A DNA stretch of 64,000 nt, from the IMG/VR virus record IMGVR_UViG_3300033984_000473, positions 124,001-188,000 of that record. One strand, written 5' to 3'. Position numbers and translations under genes: made by a program. The notes under the pieces were generated by a model. It saw nothing but the letters and a program-made list of their open reading frames with translations, did no database searches and was not told the DNA's origin. Positions 9,798-19,481 of this stretch are shown here, one piece after another (position 1 is the first letter of the stretch; every line of letters begins with the position of its first letter).

Positions 9798-10292
9798 TTA
9801 TTTAACAACTTTCGGCTTGATTACCGCAAACATTTTTTTACCTTCTAACTTAGGCATAGCTTCTGCTGACCCAAATTCTTCAACAGCAACAATCATTTTA
9901 AGTATTTGTTGTTGACCAATATCAATATGTTGCATTTGACGACCTCTAAACTGAAGGCTAATCTTAACCCTGTGACCTTTTTTAAGGAACTCAACCATGT
10001 GTTTGATTCGGTATTCCAAATCATTATCGGTTGTGTTTGGTCCAAGCTTGATTTCTTTTACATCTAATCCTTTGTTCTTAGGCTTTTTGCTTAATTCGTA
10101 TATGAACTTTTCATAGTTCATTATCTTACAAATTACTGGAACTGTCTTATCGTTGATAAGAACCAAATCCATGTTTCTAGACTCAGCGATTTGTAAGGCT
10201 GCTGATAACGCCATAACACCACCTTCTTCAGCGACACGCACTTCTTTTGCGATGATTTCTGAATTAAGCTTATGCTGTTTCTTTTTGTTCAT
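9798..10292 (-). CDS. infC: translation initiation factor IF-3
   Basis: N..I.A.EVR, DLV, PVICKIMNYEK, KEIKLGP, G.RVKISLQFRGRQ, PKLEGK. Confidence 0.93.
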   Translation of the reverse strand: MNKKKQHKLNSEIIAKEVRVAEEGGVMALSAALQIAESRNMDLVLINDKTVPVICKIMNYEKFIYELSKKPKNKGLDVKEIKLGPNTTDNDLEYRIKHMVEFLKKGHRVKISLQFRGRQMQHIDIGQQQILKMIVAVEEFGSAEAMPKLEGKKMFAVIKPKVVK

Positions 10293-10821
10293 TTACTATT
10301 TTTTTAATCAATTCTAATTCTAATTGTTTTATGAAATTTTCATCGGTAATTCTACTTAAGTTGTTTGACCAACCTATTTTATGTTTAAGGTTTTCATTAT
10401 AGGTAACTGGTTGAAACCATACAACATGCTTGCCTTGAAATTCGCCTGGGTTATCTCGTTCTGATTCATTTGGATTGTATAATTTGTATTTATAATATCT
10501 TATAGAATCTAACATTACATGGTCAAGTGCATCAATGATATAGATGGGCCCTACTGAAACATCAACATAAGCATATCTAGCCATCAAAAAAGATTGTGTA
10601 CCATCCAGACTTAAACTTAACTTACCATTAAACACATTCTCAATGCTATAAAAAACTACATCGATTTCAGAATCTGGGTTATTGGCTTTGATTTTTCTTA
10701 CATGAGTTTCAATATTAGTATCCAAGTCAGCAAAGTTTTTAAGACCTCTTGAATTAACGTACTTAAGTTCATCATTTTGAAAAAAAATTGGAAACGTACT
10801 ATTGTGAATCTTTGTTAACAT
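10270..10821 (-). CDS. hypothetical protein
   Basis: ORF overlapping neighbours. Confidence 0.7.
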   Translation of the reverse strand: MLTKIHNSTFPIFFQNDELKYVNSRGLKNFADLDTNIETHVRKIKANNPDSEIDVVFYSIENVFNGKLSLSLDGTQSFLMARYAYVDVSVGPIYIIDALDHVMLDSIRYYKYKLYNPNESERDNPGEFQGKHVVWFQPVTYNENLKHKIGWSNNLSRITDENFIKQLELELIKKIVNEQKETA

Positions 10822-11282
10822 AAATCTTCTAAGATAAATTGAATCAATTCTTCTATAGATTCAACCATTGGTATGTCATATGTATTACAAACAATATCAA
10901 CATTACCTTTTCGCCAGAAACCTTCTGGACACATAACAACTAACTTACCACTTTTTGAATGCAATCCTAATTCCAATAAAGAAATTGGTGACATAGTGTT
11001 AGGGTCAAATACCATGACGATGATGTCGGCACGTTCCATAGAATCTAATTCCCATTCTACTTGTGTTCTAAACTGCTCATCGTTAATGTTTTGTATCAAT
11101 GATGAATCCCAATCATCTCTACGAGGATTTAAGAATAAGATTGGTTTATCGGCCAATGCTTCGATAAGTGTTTTTTGCCAATTTATGGCTTTACCCATTT
11201 CAATTGAACCACCTAAGAAGACTTTTAAATCGTGGGTTAGGGGTATTGAGTTAGGTGCTTGTATTTCTATTGCTTTTCCCAT
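10815..11282 (-). CDS. nucleoside 2-deoxyribosyltransferase-like protein
   Basis: VFLGGSI, NPRR, QVEWE, SPISLLELG. Confidence 0.85.
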   Translation of the reverse strand: MGKAIEIQAPNSIPLTHDLKVFLGGSIEMGKAINWQKTLIEALADKPILFLNPRRDDWDSSLIQNINDEQFRTQVEWELDSMERADIIVMVFDPNTMSPISLLELGLHSKSGKLVVMCPEGFWRKGNVDIVCNTYDIPMVESIEELIQFILEDLC

Positions 11283-11545
11283 TTTGCTTGCTCTTTTAAT
11301 AATTCTTCTAATTCTTTTTCAGCATCAATGTGATGATAACAGTGAAGCTCATCCATCTCTACTTTATATGTAACTGGTGTATCTAGGTAAGCTCTAAATG
11401 AGATACCTCTTTTGTAAAAAACCCAAACTAGTATTGTTTTAATTTTACCAATAAAACCCACATAGAACATATTTCTAACGGTCATCTTAATGATTTTACC
11501 ACCAGTAATTGTTCTACACTCTAATTTTAAATCTAATTCTTCCAT
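11267..11545 (-). CDS. hypothetical protein
   Basis: ORF in operon. Confidence 0.6.
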   Translation of the reverse strand: MEELDLKLECRTITGGKIIKMTVRNMFYVGFIGKIKTILVWVFYKRGISFRAYLDTPVTYKVEMDELHCYHHIDAEKELEELLKEQAKWEKQ

Positions 11546-11552
11546 AAAACTT

Positions 11553-11753
11553 TTAATTTAAACCAATGTCCAAATTAGCAAGACCTTCATTGTCTTCATC
11601 TATATTCTTGTTAGGTTCAGCGTTGGTTATTGAAATATATTCAATAATTCCTTCTAGCTCATCCAACACGCTAACATCAATTGCTCCTGTAGCGTCTTCA
11701 TATTCAATCTCAACAATGTATTCTCCTAAATCGATTCTTCTTGTAATTAACAT
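11553..11753 (-). CDS. hypothetical acidic protein
   Basis: ORF in operon. Confidence 0.6.
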   Translation of the reverse strand: MLITRRIDLGEYIVEIEYEDATGAIDVSVLDELEGIIEYISITNAEPNKNIDEDNEGLANLDIGLN

Positions 11754-11758
11754 TTTTT

Positions 11759-11998
11759 TTAATAGTTCATAGTATTCGGGGTTATGTTACCAGCAATGAT
11801 GTCTGGAAGTACCTTTTCTTGGTAATCGTTCAGTAAAACTTCTCGATTAACAGTCCAATCCAAAGGTGGAAGCGTATAATCTTCAAAGTATGTATAACGA
11901 ATTATCCCACGAAGTGTTGGTCCAACTTCCTTTACGGAACCATCAGCCATCAAAGCTTCAAACTTACCTTCACCCACATGTTTTATTTCGCTATACAT
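11759..11998 (-). CDS. hypothetical protein
   Basis: ORF in operon. Confidence 0.6.
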   Translation of the reverse strand: MYSEIKHVGEGKFEALMADGSVKEVGPTLRGIIRYTYFEDYTLPPLDWTVNREVLLNDYQEKVLPDIIAGNITPNTMNY

Positions 11999-12019
11999 AC
12001 TCTATTAGATTATTATTTA

Positions 12020-13276
12020 TTATCCACCACTTACTTCATCATTAATATCATCCCATGGAAATGGTTCTGATTCCATTACACTCCCTACTGATATTGGTCT
12101 TGAAACTGATTTTTCTTTCGTTTCAAAGATATTTTCACTACCATCTTCATCATCTTCATCAACAGCTTTCATGATGTTTTTAGCAAACTTAGAAATGCTT
12201 TTGCTAGGTTTATCAATCATTGAACTACCGTACCCATCATAAGCGTATGAATAGTTAACAACATCAGCATCAGAAACCTTTAAGATAATTGGTTTATCGA
12301 AACCTAATTTCTTACCCTTCTCACCATCAAATGGTGAAACTTCAACTGTAGTCCAGTCGATTACTCTAGTAATCATACCAATTGATTGACCATCAATTTC
12401 AAATCTATAGTTCACATTGTTATCACCATAGGTTGGTCTAGGATAAACCTTAACGCTGTTAGCCAATTGAGCCATTGTTCCATCTTCTTCTTTGATAGAA
12501 ATATTGTACGACCCTTTCAATTTTTTAACATTGAAAATGCTTTCAAATGCTGATGGTCCTTCTTCGTGGATGTTTACTTCATTGATAACTGCTTTCACAA
12601 TATCAACAGTAATTGTTTCCAAGTTAGAGATGAATTGAACGCATTCTTGTTTGAATTGTTTGTGCACCAATACATCGTCAACGATTTCCTCAACAATTTC
12701 TGGTTTAAGGTCTTCAAATTTCTTAAGATAACGAATTCTTCCAGGTCTTTGGATAAGATTTCTATCAACATACAACTCATTTGTAGTTAATAAAAATACT
12801 CGTCTGTGGTCTGAATTCATCGCACCATCCATGATTGTTAGCATTGACGCTGACTCACCGAATACCTTCTCATACTCATCAATAAATATCGTAATATTTT
12901 GAGAAATACCATTTAAAAACACATGAATTCCCTTGATTGCGACATCCACTAGGATAATTGGTTGGTTTAATCTACTGGCGATAATTTTCGAACTAACAGT
13001 TTTACCAGTTCCTTTCAACCCATTCAATAGAATACCTAAGTTTCCATTGGTTGTGGCGTTGTAAGTTTTTACAACTCTGTTAACCAATTCAGTTTCTAAA
13101 CCATAAATCTTATAGTCAAAAACAAACCCATCACTACTCTTTGTTAAGAAGAAACGACCATACTCATCTATACCTACGTTATAGATTGCATTCTCTAAAT
13201 TGTCAAACTCCCTAGATGGATATGCTGGGTATAATCTGTTGCTATCCTCATTCCACACTTTTTTCACTTCTGCCAT
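12020..13276 (-). CDS. AAA+ ATPase
   Basis: GLKGTGKT, IFIDEYEK, LTTN, RPGRIRY. Confidence 0.88.
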   Translation of the reverse strand: MAEVKKVWNEDSNRLYPAYPSREFDNLENAIYNVGIDEYGRFFLTKSSDGFVFDYKIYGLETELVNRVVKTYNATTNGNLGILLNGLKGTGKTVSSKIIASRLNQPIILVDVAIKGIHVFLNGISQNITIFIDEYEKVFGESASMLTIMDGAMNSDHRRVFLLTTNELYVDRNLIQRPGRIRYLKKFEDLKPEIVEEIVDDVLVHKQFKQECVQFISNLETITVDIVKAVINEVNIHEEGPSAFESIFNVKKLKGSYNISIKEEDGTMAQLANSVKVYPRPTYGDNNVNYRFEIDGQSIGMITRVIDWTTVEVSPFDGEKGKKLGFDKPIILKVSDADVVNYSYAYDGYGSSMIDKPSKSISKFAKNIMKAVDEDDEDGSENIFETKEKSVSRPISVGSVMESEPFPWDDINDEVSGG

Positions 13277-13527
13277 TATTTGTTGTTTAATTTGTTTATA
13301 AATTCTAATTTTTCTTTCCTAGAAAGTTGTTTGATTCTGTATTCTTCTTTGCATGCGTTGCTTCTATCTACAGCTTCAAATGAGGCTCTTAGAGCAACTG
13401 GTAATCTAGTCTTGGTATATTTTGCACCTTTACCTTTATTGTGTGTTAAAATGCGTTTCTGTATGTCTGTTGTTATCCCAGTGTACAATGTACCATCGGC
13501 ACACTCTAAGATATAAACATACCACAT
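13276..13527 (-). CDS. GIY-YIG nuclease (UPF0213/YhbQ-like)
   Basis: WYVYILEC, LYTGITTD, HNKGKGAKYT. Confidence 0.9.
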   Translation of the reverse strand: MWYVYILECADGTLYTGITTDIQKRILTHNKGKGAKYTKTRLPVALRASFEAVDRSNACKEEYRIKQLSRKEKLEFINKLNNK

Positions 13528-13748
13528 TATAAATCAAAGGTAACGCTACCTGTGTTGTTGTTTGTCAATAAATTGTTAGGTGTTAACCCATGTTCAGCTA
13601 AGCAACTAGTAACTATTTGTTTCATAATCTGAGAATTCCCAGTAATTATCTTTCCTTGAGGGGTATTGTTTTGAATGCACTCCCATATAAACATGTCAAT
13701 CTTTCGTATTACATCTTCATGTTTAGTCCCATGTAAATCTATTTGCAT
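13527..13748 (-). CDS. Smr-domain-like protein
   Basis: IDLHG ... IITG motif. Confidence 0.7.
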   Translation of the reverse strand: MQIDLHGTKHEDVIRKIDMFIWECIQNNTPQGKIITGNSQIMKQIVTSCLAEHGLTPNNLLTNNNTGSVTFDL

Positions 13749-13750
13749 GA

Positions 13751-14203
13751 TTACCCAATTATTTCTAAAATTTTATCGATACATGCTGCTTGTGTGTTGT
13801 GCAAAAGAGGTCTAGCTTCTTCTAGTGTTACCCATTTGTAACCATCCATTTCTGGAAAATTACCACGGGCATCTTCCACATCAGAATTACACTTCAACTC
13901 AACAGCATCCCATTCAATCTTTGAATCAAAGTTTTCTAAACACACAAACGGATATAGTATCTTTCTTTTATGTGTATAGTTTACCGATTGCAAAGGGTAA
14001 ACAGTAAACTTATTACTATCTTTTAAATTTAGATTGGTTTCTTCATAGGTTTCCCTAAAAGCACCTTCTAAAAAAGTCTCATTTTCTTCTACCTTACCCT
14101 TTGGAATGCTGTAAAAATCTTCGGCATGATTTGTTGGATGACAAATCAACAGTTTTTTATCTTTTCTTATGATAAATAAACCAGCTGCTATTACCTTTGC
14201 CAT
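13751..14203 (-). CDS. Nudix hydrolase
   Basis: Nudix box PKG..E..E....GAFRETYEETNL; FPEMD. Confidence 0.9.
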   Translation of the reverse strand: MAKVIAAGLFIIRKDKKLLICHPTNHAEDFYSIPKGKVEENETFLEGAFRETYEETNLNLKDSNKFTVYPLQSVNYTHKRKILYPFVCLENFDSKIEWDAVELKCNSDVEDARGNFPEMDGYKWVTLEEARPLLHNTQAACIDKILEIIG

Positions 14204-14541
14204 TATAATAATGTTGCACCAACACTGTAATTGGTTAATTGCGTAGAACCGTTAGCATCAGCAACCATAATCATTGCTTCGCTAGTTATACCCATCATTT
14301 TAGATGGTTTAAGATTCATAACAAAAGGAAAGTTAAGTCCAACAAACGCATCTGGTTCAAAAATTGACCCTAAATTGGTTACGACTGTGTATTCATCTTG
14401 TTCATTGATTCCAAATATAACGTTTAACTTCAAAAGCTTATCACTTTTTTCTACACGCTCAGCAGCAACTACATGACCGATACGTATTTCTAGTTTTGAT
14501 TCTATCTCTAAAAATTCAGAGAATTCAATTTGTGGTTTCAT
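14203..14541 (-). CDS. tRNA-binding OB-fold protein (Trbp111/CsaA/MetRS C-terminal like)
   Basis: LEIRIGHV..AE, SDKLLKL, NLKPSKMMGITSEAMI. Confidence 0.85.
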   Translation of the reverse strand: MKPQIEFSEFLEIESKLEIRIGHVVAAERVEKSDKLLKLNVIFGINEQDEYTVVTNLGSIFEPDAFVGLNFPFVMNLKPSKMMGITSEAMIMVADANGSTQLTNYSVGATLL

Positions 14542-14707
14542 TGATATAATATTGTTCTGTTAATATTCTAATTTGTTCCTCGTTTTTTTTGATTGCACTA
14601 TATATCCATGGTGAATCATTTGTTTCTCTCAATTCAGTTAGTACTTCATTTGAGTTTACCAAAGCTGCTTTTAACGCTTTAAGTGTAGTAATCGATAATT
14701 TGTACAT
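14525..14707 (-). CDS. hypothetical protein
   Basis: short ORF in operon. Confidence 0.55.
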   Translation of the reverse strand: MYKLSITTLKALKAALVNSNEVLTELRETNDSPWIYSAIKKNEEQIRILTEQYYINETTN

Positions 14708-14718
14708 TCTTTTTATTT

Positions 14719-15144
14719 TTAAATTAAACCTCTACTTTCTAACCATTCCTCTACCTTACCCCAGTCAACAAAAGGTCTCCTTGAGATACTTAAATCATAT
14801 TTCAAAGGACAACCCAAAGCACTATCATCAATCATCAACGGAGCGTAGCTTTTAGGGCTTTCAGTCCATGTGTGTTGAGTCGGATTCGTTTGAATACCAT
14901 AAACTGGTATGTCATTGTCTGCGAACCATTTAACCACATCATTCAAACCATTATGGTCAACCGTACCATCATACTTTGTAAATGGTCGGTTGCTTCTCAT
15001 GGTGAAGATAATCAGTCTATGACCTTTATCTGTCAGTCTTTTCAATACTGGCACAGAACCTATATCTGACCCCACATCTGGGAAGCTATGTGAAACACAT
15101 GTCCCATCAAAATCAATATTAATCTCAATCGTATTATCTTCCAT
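14719..15144 (-). CDS. HAD-superfamily phosphatase (BT0820-like)
   Basis: IDFDGT, FTMR, SPK, IDD. Confidence 0.8.
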   Translation of the reverse strand: MEDNTIEINIDFDGTCVSHSFPDVGSDIGSVPVLKRLTDKGHRLIIFTMRSNRPFTKYDGTVDHNGLNDVVKWFADNDIPVYGIQTNPTQHTWTESPKSYAPLMIDDSALGCPLKYDLSISRRPFVDWGKVEEWLESRGLI

Positions 15145-15145
15145 C

Positions 15146-16741
15146 TTAAAATGTTGTAAACTCTCCGTTAATGAAGTTTATGTGTTGTGACCTTCCATCG
15201 TTATGGATAATCACATGTGATTGTAACCATGTGCTGGCCCCTTTATTATACCCAACTCTTAATTTGGTTGATGTTCCAACTGCCAGTGCTCCGTCTTTTC
15301 TTCCTGGACTATGGTAGTGACCTACGATAATCTTTGTGTTTAATTTACGGAACTGTAACAATGAACCACGACTTCCATTCGAACCAATATCGCCATGTTG
15401 TCCTAACTCCCAATCTTTAACCCTATATGTGGCACTTCTACCAAGAGTAATGAACTTAGGGAATTTCTCGTTGATGATACATGGGATAACACCTTTTACA
15501 TTGTAAGGGTCATTACCATATTGTTCTAACAACATATCAGACATTTTCATGTAAAGTCTTGAGTTCTTGTATGTTGGTTGTTTTTTCCAATCTTCATTCT
15601 TTAACCAACGGTCTAAGAAATCATCATGATTACTTCTAACAATCACAACGTTATCGAACTTAGCAAATGCATCCAATCCATCTAACATCAAATCAATCTC
15701 TTTACCTAAGTCATTGGTTCCAGCAACCTCTTTACCATATTGGATAAAAGGGTCTTTCATTTCATGGTGGCTAATAGAATTTCCATCAAAAACGTCATGA
15801 AGAATCACGTGTTTTGGTTTTAACGAATCTAACAATCCCATTGTTGAATCCAAAACTTCTTGGTCATGGTGTCCGTAGTGAATATCACCTAGAACAGCAG
15901 CAGCGATAGTGTTTAAACCACTAATACTTCCACCTTCAACTCTATAATATAAATCACTAAAGTTACCAGTTTTATCATCGGCAGTTACCTGTCTAACAAA
16001 GAATGTTTCATCATCTTTTATTTCAACAATAACAAAACCAAACGTGTGGTGAAACTCACCAGTCTTACCAGACTTAGAATCAGTATAGTTTTTCTTGGTT
16101 ACTGAACCTGTGGTAAGCATAATCTTAGGTTTGTTACCCTCTAGTACTGGTATCATTTCCATTTGTACCTTTGGACTACCAAAAATAGATGAATTAACAC
16201 CACTTAATGCTTGTAATCCAGTCATAGGGTTAACCGCAGTAGCTTGTATCTTGATATCTGATAGTATAGAAACGTACTTATGTATGTCATGTCTATTGGC
16301 ATCTAGGTATTTTACCACTTCATCAGCCCAAAACTCTTCATTTTCTTGTTCATTTGACCATATACTAGTCGGATTCTTATACCTACCAGCAATTACATGG
16401 ACATCTGCATTGATATATTCAGCATAGGCTTCAATATTCTTAAGGAAACCCTTATGTACTGGTGTGTTATTCTGTGCCCAAGTGATGATAAATCGTTTTT
16501 TAGTACCATCATGTACCTTAGCTTTAGCTTTTACGTACTGTTCTGGTTCGATTTCAGTCTTTTCTTTGAAATTTAATTTTTTAAACCATTTTCTTACAGT
16601 TCTTTCTGAAAGATTAAACTCATTACCTAATTTTATTGCTAATCGTTCAACAGTTAAATTATTTTCTAACCTATTATCATATTCTAATTTAAAACGTGAA
16701 ATTATTTCATCGGTTAAATCTTTAAATTTAAATTTACTCAT
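15146..16741 (-). CDS. HTH plus metallophosphoesterase/nuclease (T5 A1-like)
   Basis: N-terminal SERTVRKW helix; GDIH, HDVFD, SNHD, HGD, GHYH metallophosphoesterase motifs. Confidence 0.7.
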   Translation of the reverse strand: MSKFKFKDLTDEIISRFKLEYDNRLENNLTVERLAIKLGNEFNLSERTVRKWFKKLNFKEKTEIEPEQYVKAKAKVHDGTKKRFIITWAQNNTPVHKGFLKNIEAYAEYINADVHVIAGRYKNPTSIWSNEQENEEFWADEVVKYLDANRHDIHKYVSILSDIKIQATAVNPMTGLQALSGVNSSIFGSPKVQMEMIPVLEGNKPKIMLTTGSVTKKNYTDSKSGKTGEFHHTFGFVIVEIKDDETFFVRQVTADDKTGNFSDLYYRVEGGSISGLNTIAAAVLGDIHYGHHDQEVLDSTMGLLDSLKPKHVILHDVFDGNSISHHEMKDPFIQYGKEVAGTNDLGKEIDLMLDGLDAFAKFDNVVIVRSNHDDFLDRWLKNEDWKKQPTYKNSRLYMKMSDMLLEQYGNDPYNVKGVIPCIINEKFPKFITLGRSATYRVKDWELGQHGDIGSNGSRGSLLQFRKLNTKIIVGHYHSPGRKDGALAVGTSTKLRVGYNKGASTWLQSHVIIHNDGRSQHINFINGEFTTF

Positions 16742-17633
16742 TCATTTTGATTTTTAGTATTTTCGTTATTTTATCTATTTTTTCATTATATTTAATAATA
16801 ATTAATTTTATTTTATTATTTTTACAATATTCTTTTTTAATTATATCTGTTTTATTTTGTTCTTTAAAACGTTTTTCACCGCCAAAGTATTCAATAGCTT
16901 TATAATGTTGAATACCGTTAAATTCAATACATGTATTATAATCTGGTAAATAAAAATCAAATGGTAAAACATTTTTATTTTTACAGTCATCAAATTTATG
17001 TTGAGCTATGAATTTAATAGAATATTTGTTTAATAAATCTCTAATTTTATTTTCACCTTTAGATTCTTTACAAAAAGGACAATTTTGGCCCTTTAAATGA
17101 TTTTGTGGTGTTTGTTTAAATTCACTATGAATTGGACAAATAACCACTACCTTTTTATCAAAACCTAAATAATCAACTAATGAATAATCAAATTTATCCC
17201 CATGAACTAATTTAGCTTTTTGAATAAATTCTAATGTTTTTGTTTTTCTTTTTACAAAACTACATAATTCACAATCAGAACCTTTTAAATGATTCGATGG
17301 TGTTTGTTCAAACCCACCATGAGTTGGACAAATTATTTTAACTTTAGTATCATAATTAACATAATCAACCAAAGAATAATCAAATTTATCTCCATGAATT
17401 AATTTACTTTTTTTAATAAATTCATTAATAGATAACTTTTGTTTATTTTGTGAACATTTAGAACATCCATTACCACTTAAATGCCCACTAGCCCTTTGTT
17501 CAAACTCACCATGAGCTGGACAAATTATTTTTACTTTAAACTTACTTTCAATATAATCAATCAATGAATAATCATATGTATCACCATGAACTAATTTAGC
17601 TTTTTCAATAAATTTTAAATTTTTATCTATCAT
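16734..17633 (-). mobile_element. free-standing homing endonuclease (DUF723-type Zn repeats plus PD-(D/E)xK/Vsr-like domain)
   Basis: Three repeats HGDKxDYSLVDY..KVxIICPxHG.FxQ...HLxG.xC..C; C-terminal FDFYLP..CIEFNG.QHY; very low GC. Confidence 0.8.
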
Positions 17634-17655
17634 AATATTATTTTATAATAAATAT

Positions 17656-17823
17656 CTAGATAAAACTAAAAAGACAAACTTTAAACCATTTTCTTACTGT
17701 TCTTTCTGATTTACCAAAGAATTTAACCAAAATATTCATTCTATCATCCCATGATAAAGTTTTATCTTGATAAACACCCCTAGCATAGTCAATTTGTTCT
17801 GTAGTTAATTCTTTAAAATCCAT
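17656..17823 (-). pseudogene. orphaned 5' fragment of the 15146..16741 gene (55 aa)
   Basis: Translated by hand: MDFKELTTEQIDYARGVYQDKTLSWDDRMNILVKFFGKSERTVRKWFKVCLFSFI; shares SERTVRKWFK and a ~30-nt near-identical repeat with 16580-16609. Confidence 0.7.
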
Positions 17824-17900
17824 TTTATTATTTTAAAACTTGTTATTTTATACAAAAATACGAATTTAATTGTATATTTGCAACATTCATACCTAATTAT

Positions 17901-18671
17901 TTACAATTTAGGTATAAGATTTATTAAAAAATCTCTATCACTAGTGAATATAGGTGTTTCTAAGGCTACCCAGTTACGTCTAACAGCAGCTGCTTCACCA
18001 CTATAGTCAATATCTGCTACTCTTTTGATAACTACCCCACGTTTATACTTGGTTTTATAGTCATTCCAATTGATACCCTTCTCATTAAACAACATTTCCT
18101 GTTTATCACTACCAGATTTACCCTCTAATAGTTTGTGTGAAAAGTTAGCAGATGCGGCCATACTAATACTATTTCTAGTACAGTCTTGCTGTCTGAATAT
18201 CATAGCGTTAACCATTTCATCAACCGTAGGTACTTGGAATACACGAGCATCAAAGAAAGCTAATTTGTTTAAGCTTTCAGCTAACCCTTCCATACCTTGC
18301 ATCGTTGACCTTAGATGCCTTAACTGGTTGAACTTAGCAGTTGCCAAAGAGGCAGCAATACTTGTCATCTTTTGTACGCTGTAATCAAACCACGCACTAG
18401 TTTCAAGTGTGTCATAATCGCACAACACCACGCTGATTTCGTCAGATTGTGTGTAAGCAAACTTTGCACCTTGAATGTTCTCACATAAGAAGATTGCGGT
18501 TGCATCCATGTCATCGCTAAACCCATCATCGAATGGTTTGTTTAAGTTTTTAGTGAATTTAGAAAATCCTTTACCATCAAGTCTAATGATTGTAATTGTT
18601 CTTCTATTCAAAAAAGTTTTGGTTCTGTTTTCGTAGAATTCTTTCATTCTATCACCTAAAGATAAAGTCAT
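17901..18671 (-). CDS. tRNA(His) guanylyltransferase Thg1-like protein
   Basis: RLDGKGFSKFT, YTQSDEIS, FDAR, RQQDCTRNSI. Confidence 0.92.
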   Translation of the reverse strand: MTLSLGDRMKEFYENRTKTFLNRRTITIIRLDGKGFSKFTKNLNKPFDDGFSDDMDATAIFLCENIQGAKFAYTQSDEISVVLCDYDTLETSAWFDYSVQKMTSIAASLATAKFNQLRHLRSTMQGMEGLAESLNKLAFFDARVFQVPTVDEMVNAMIFRQQDCTRNSISMAASANFSHKLLEGKSGSDKQEMLFNEKGINWNDYKTKYKRGVVIKRVADIDYSGEAAAVRRNWVALETPIFTSDRDFLINLIPKL

Positions 18672-18672
18672 T

Positions 18673-19296
18673 TTATTTTTTGTTTAGTTTAAGAATGCAA
18701 GTAATTGCTATTCTTGGTTTTGTTGTTGAATTTTCGTTTGAATAATGAACCGAGAACTGATTATGTACAACGCAATCACCATACTTCAACTCTACTGGTG
18801 TAAAGTCTTCCATTGGAATTTCTGATGTGTATTGTGACATACCAGTCTTACCAGTTCTTGTTCTTAGATTTGACCCACAATTTTCGTGATTGATTATTTC
18901 TCGTTTACCATCCCAATCAGCATAAAACATCGTTGAAGTCGAAACATCAACGTCATGCAATGGAATCCAGAAGGTTAGAATGTCATCATCATTGTTATCA
19001 AAGTAAGCACCATCTTGATGTGGTGCTGTAATCTTGTAATCTGGATGTTTGATAAAATACTGCATGTTAATAACTTCACCATCATAACCCAATACATTTT
19101 TTATGTATTTGGCTAACTCCATAAACAGGTGATAACCATGGCAGTTCTGGATTTGTTTTACGTCACCATTCTTGGTTCTGAAAACATTTTCGTCTTTACA
19201 TTGCAAAGCAATTGTTTCAAAATCTCGACTGAAAAGGTCTAACAATTCTGTATTAAAAGCTTTTTTTAGTATTTCATATCCTTTTTCCATTACCAT
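18673..19296 (-). CDS. 2OG-Fe(II) dioxygenase (PhyH family)
   Basis: HQD, WIPL, H..S..N...R motifs. Confidence 0.85.
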   Translation of the reverse strand: MVMEKGYEILKKAFNTELLDLFSRDFETIALQCKDENVFRTKNGDVKQIQNCHGYHLFMELAKYIKNVLGYDGEVINMQYFIKHPDYKITAPHQDGAYFDNNDDDILTFWIPLHDVDVSTSTMFYADWDGKREIINHENCGSNLRTRTGKTGMSQYTSEIPMEDFTPVELKYGDCVVHNQFSVHYSNENSTTKPRIAITCILKLNKK

Positions 19297-19481
19297 GAGT
19301 CATAATCGGTTATATCCTTTTCAATTCCATAGTCTTCAAATCTTACCTTTACGTTAAGACCGATACCAGTATAAGAAATTAGATAAGAAACCTTACCAAG
19401 CTTTCCATGTAAAAAATTTACACTTTCTTCTAGCTTTGCAAGTGTTTCCACTTCTTTTTCGTTTAAGTTAAAGTCAGCCAT
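19290..19481 (-). CDS. hypothetical protein
   Basis: short ORF ending DITDYDSW. Confidence 0.6.
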   Translation of the reverse strand: MADFNLNEKEVETLAKLEESVNFLHGKLGKVSYLISYTGIGLNVKVRFEDYGIEKDITDYDSW

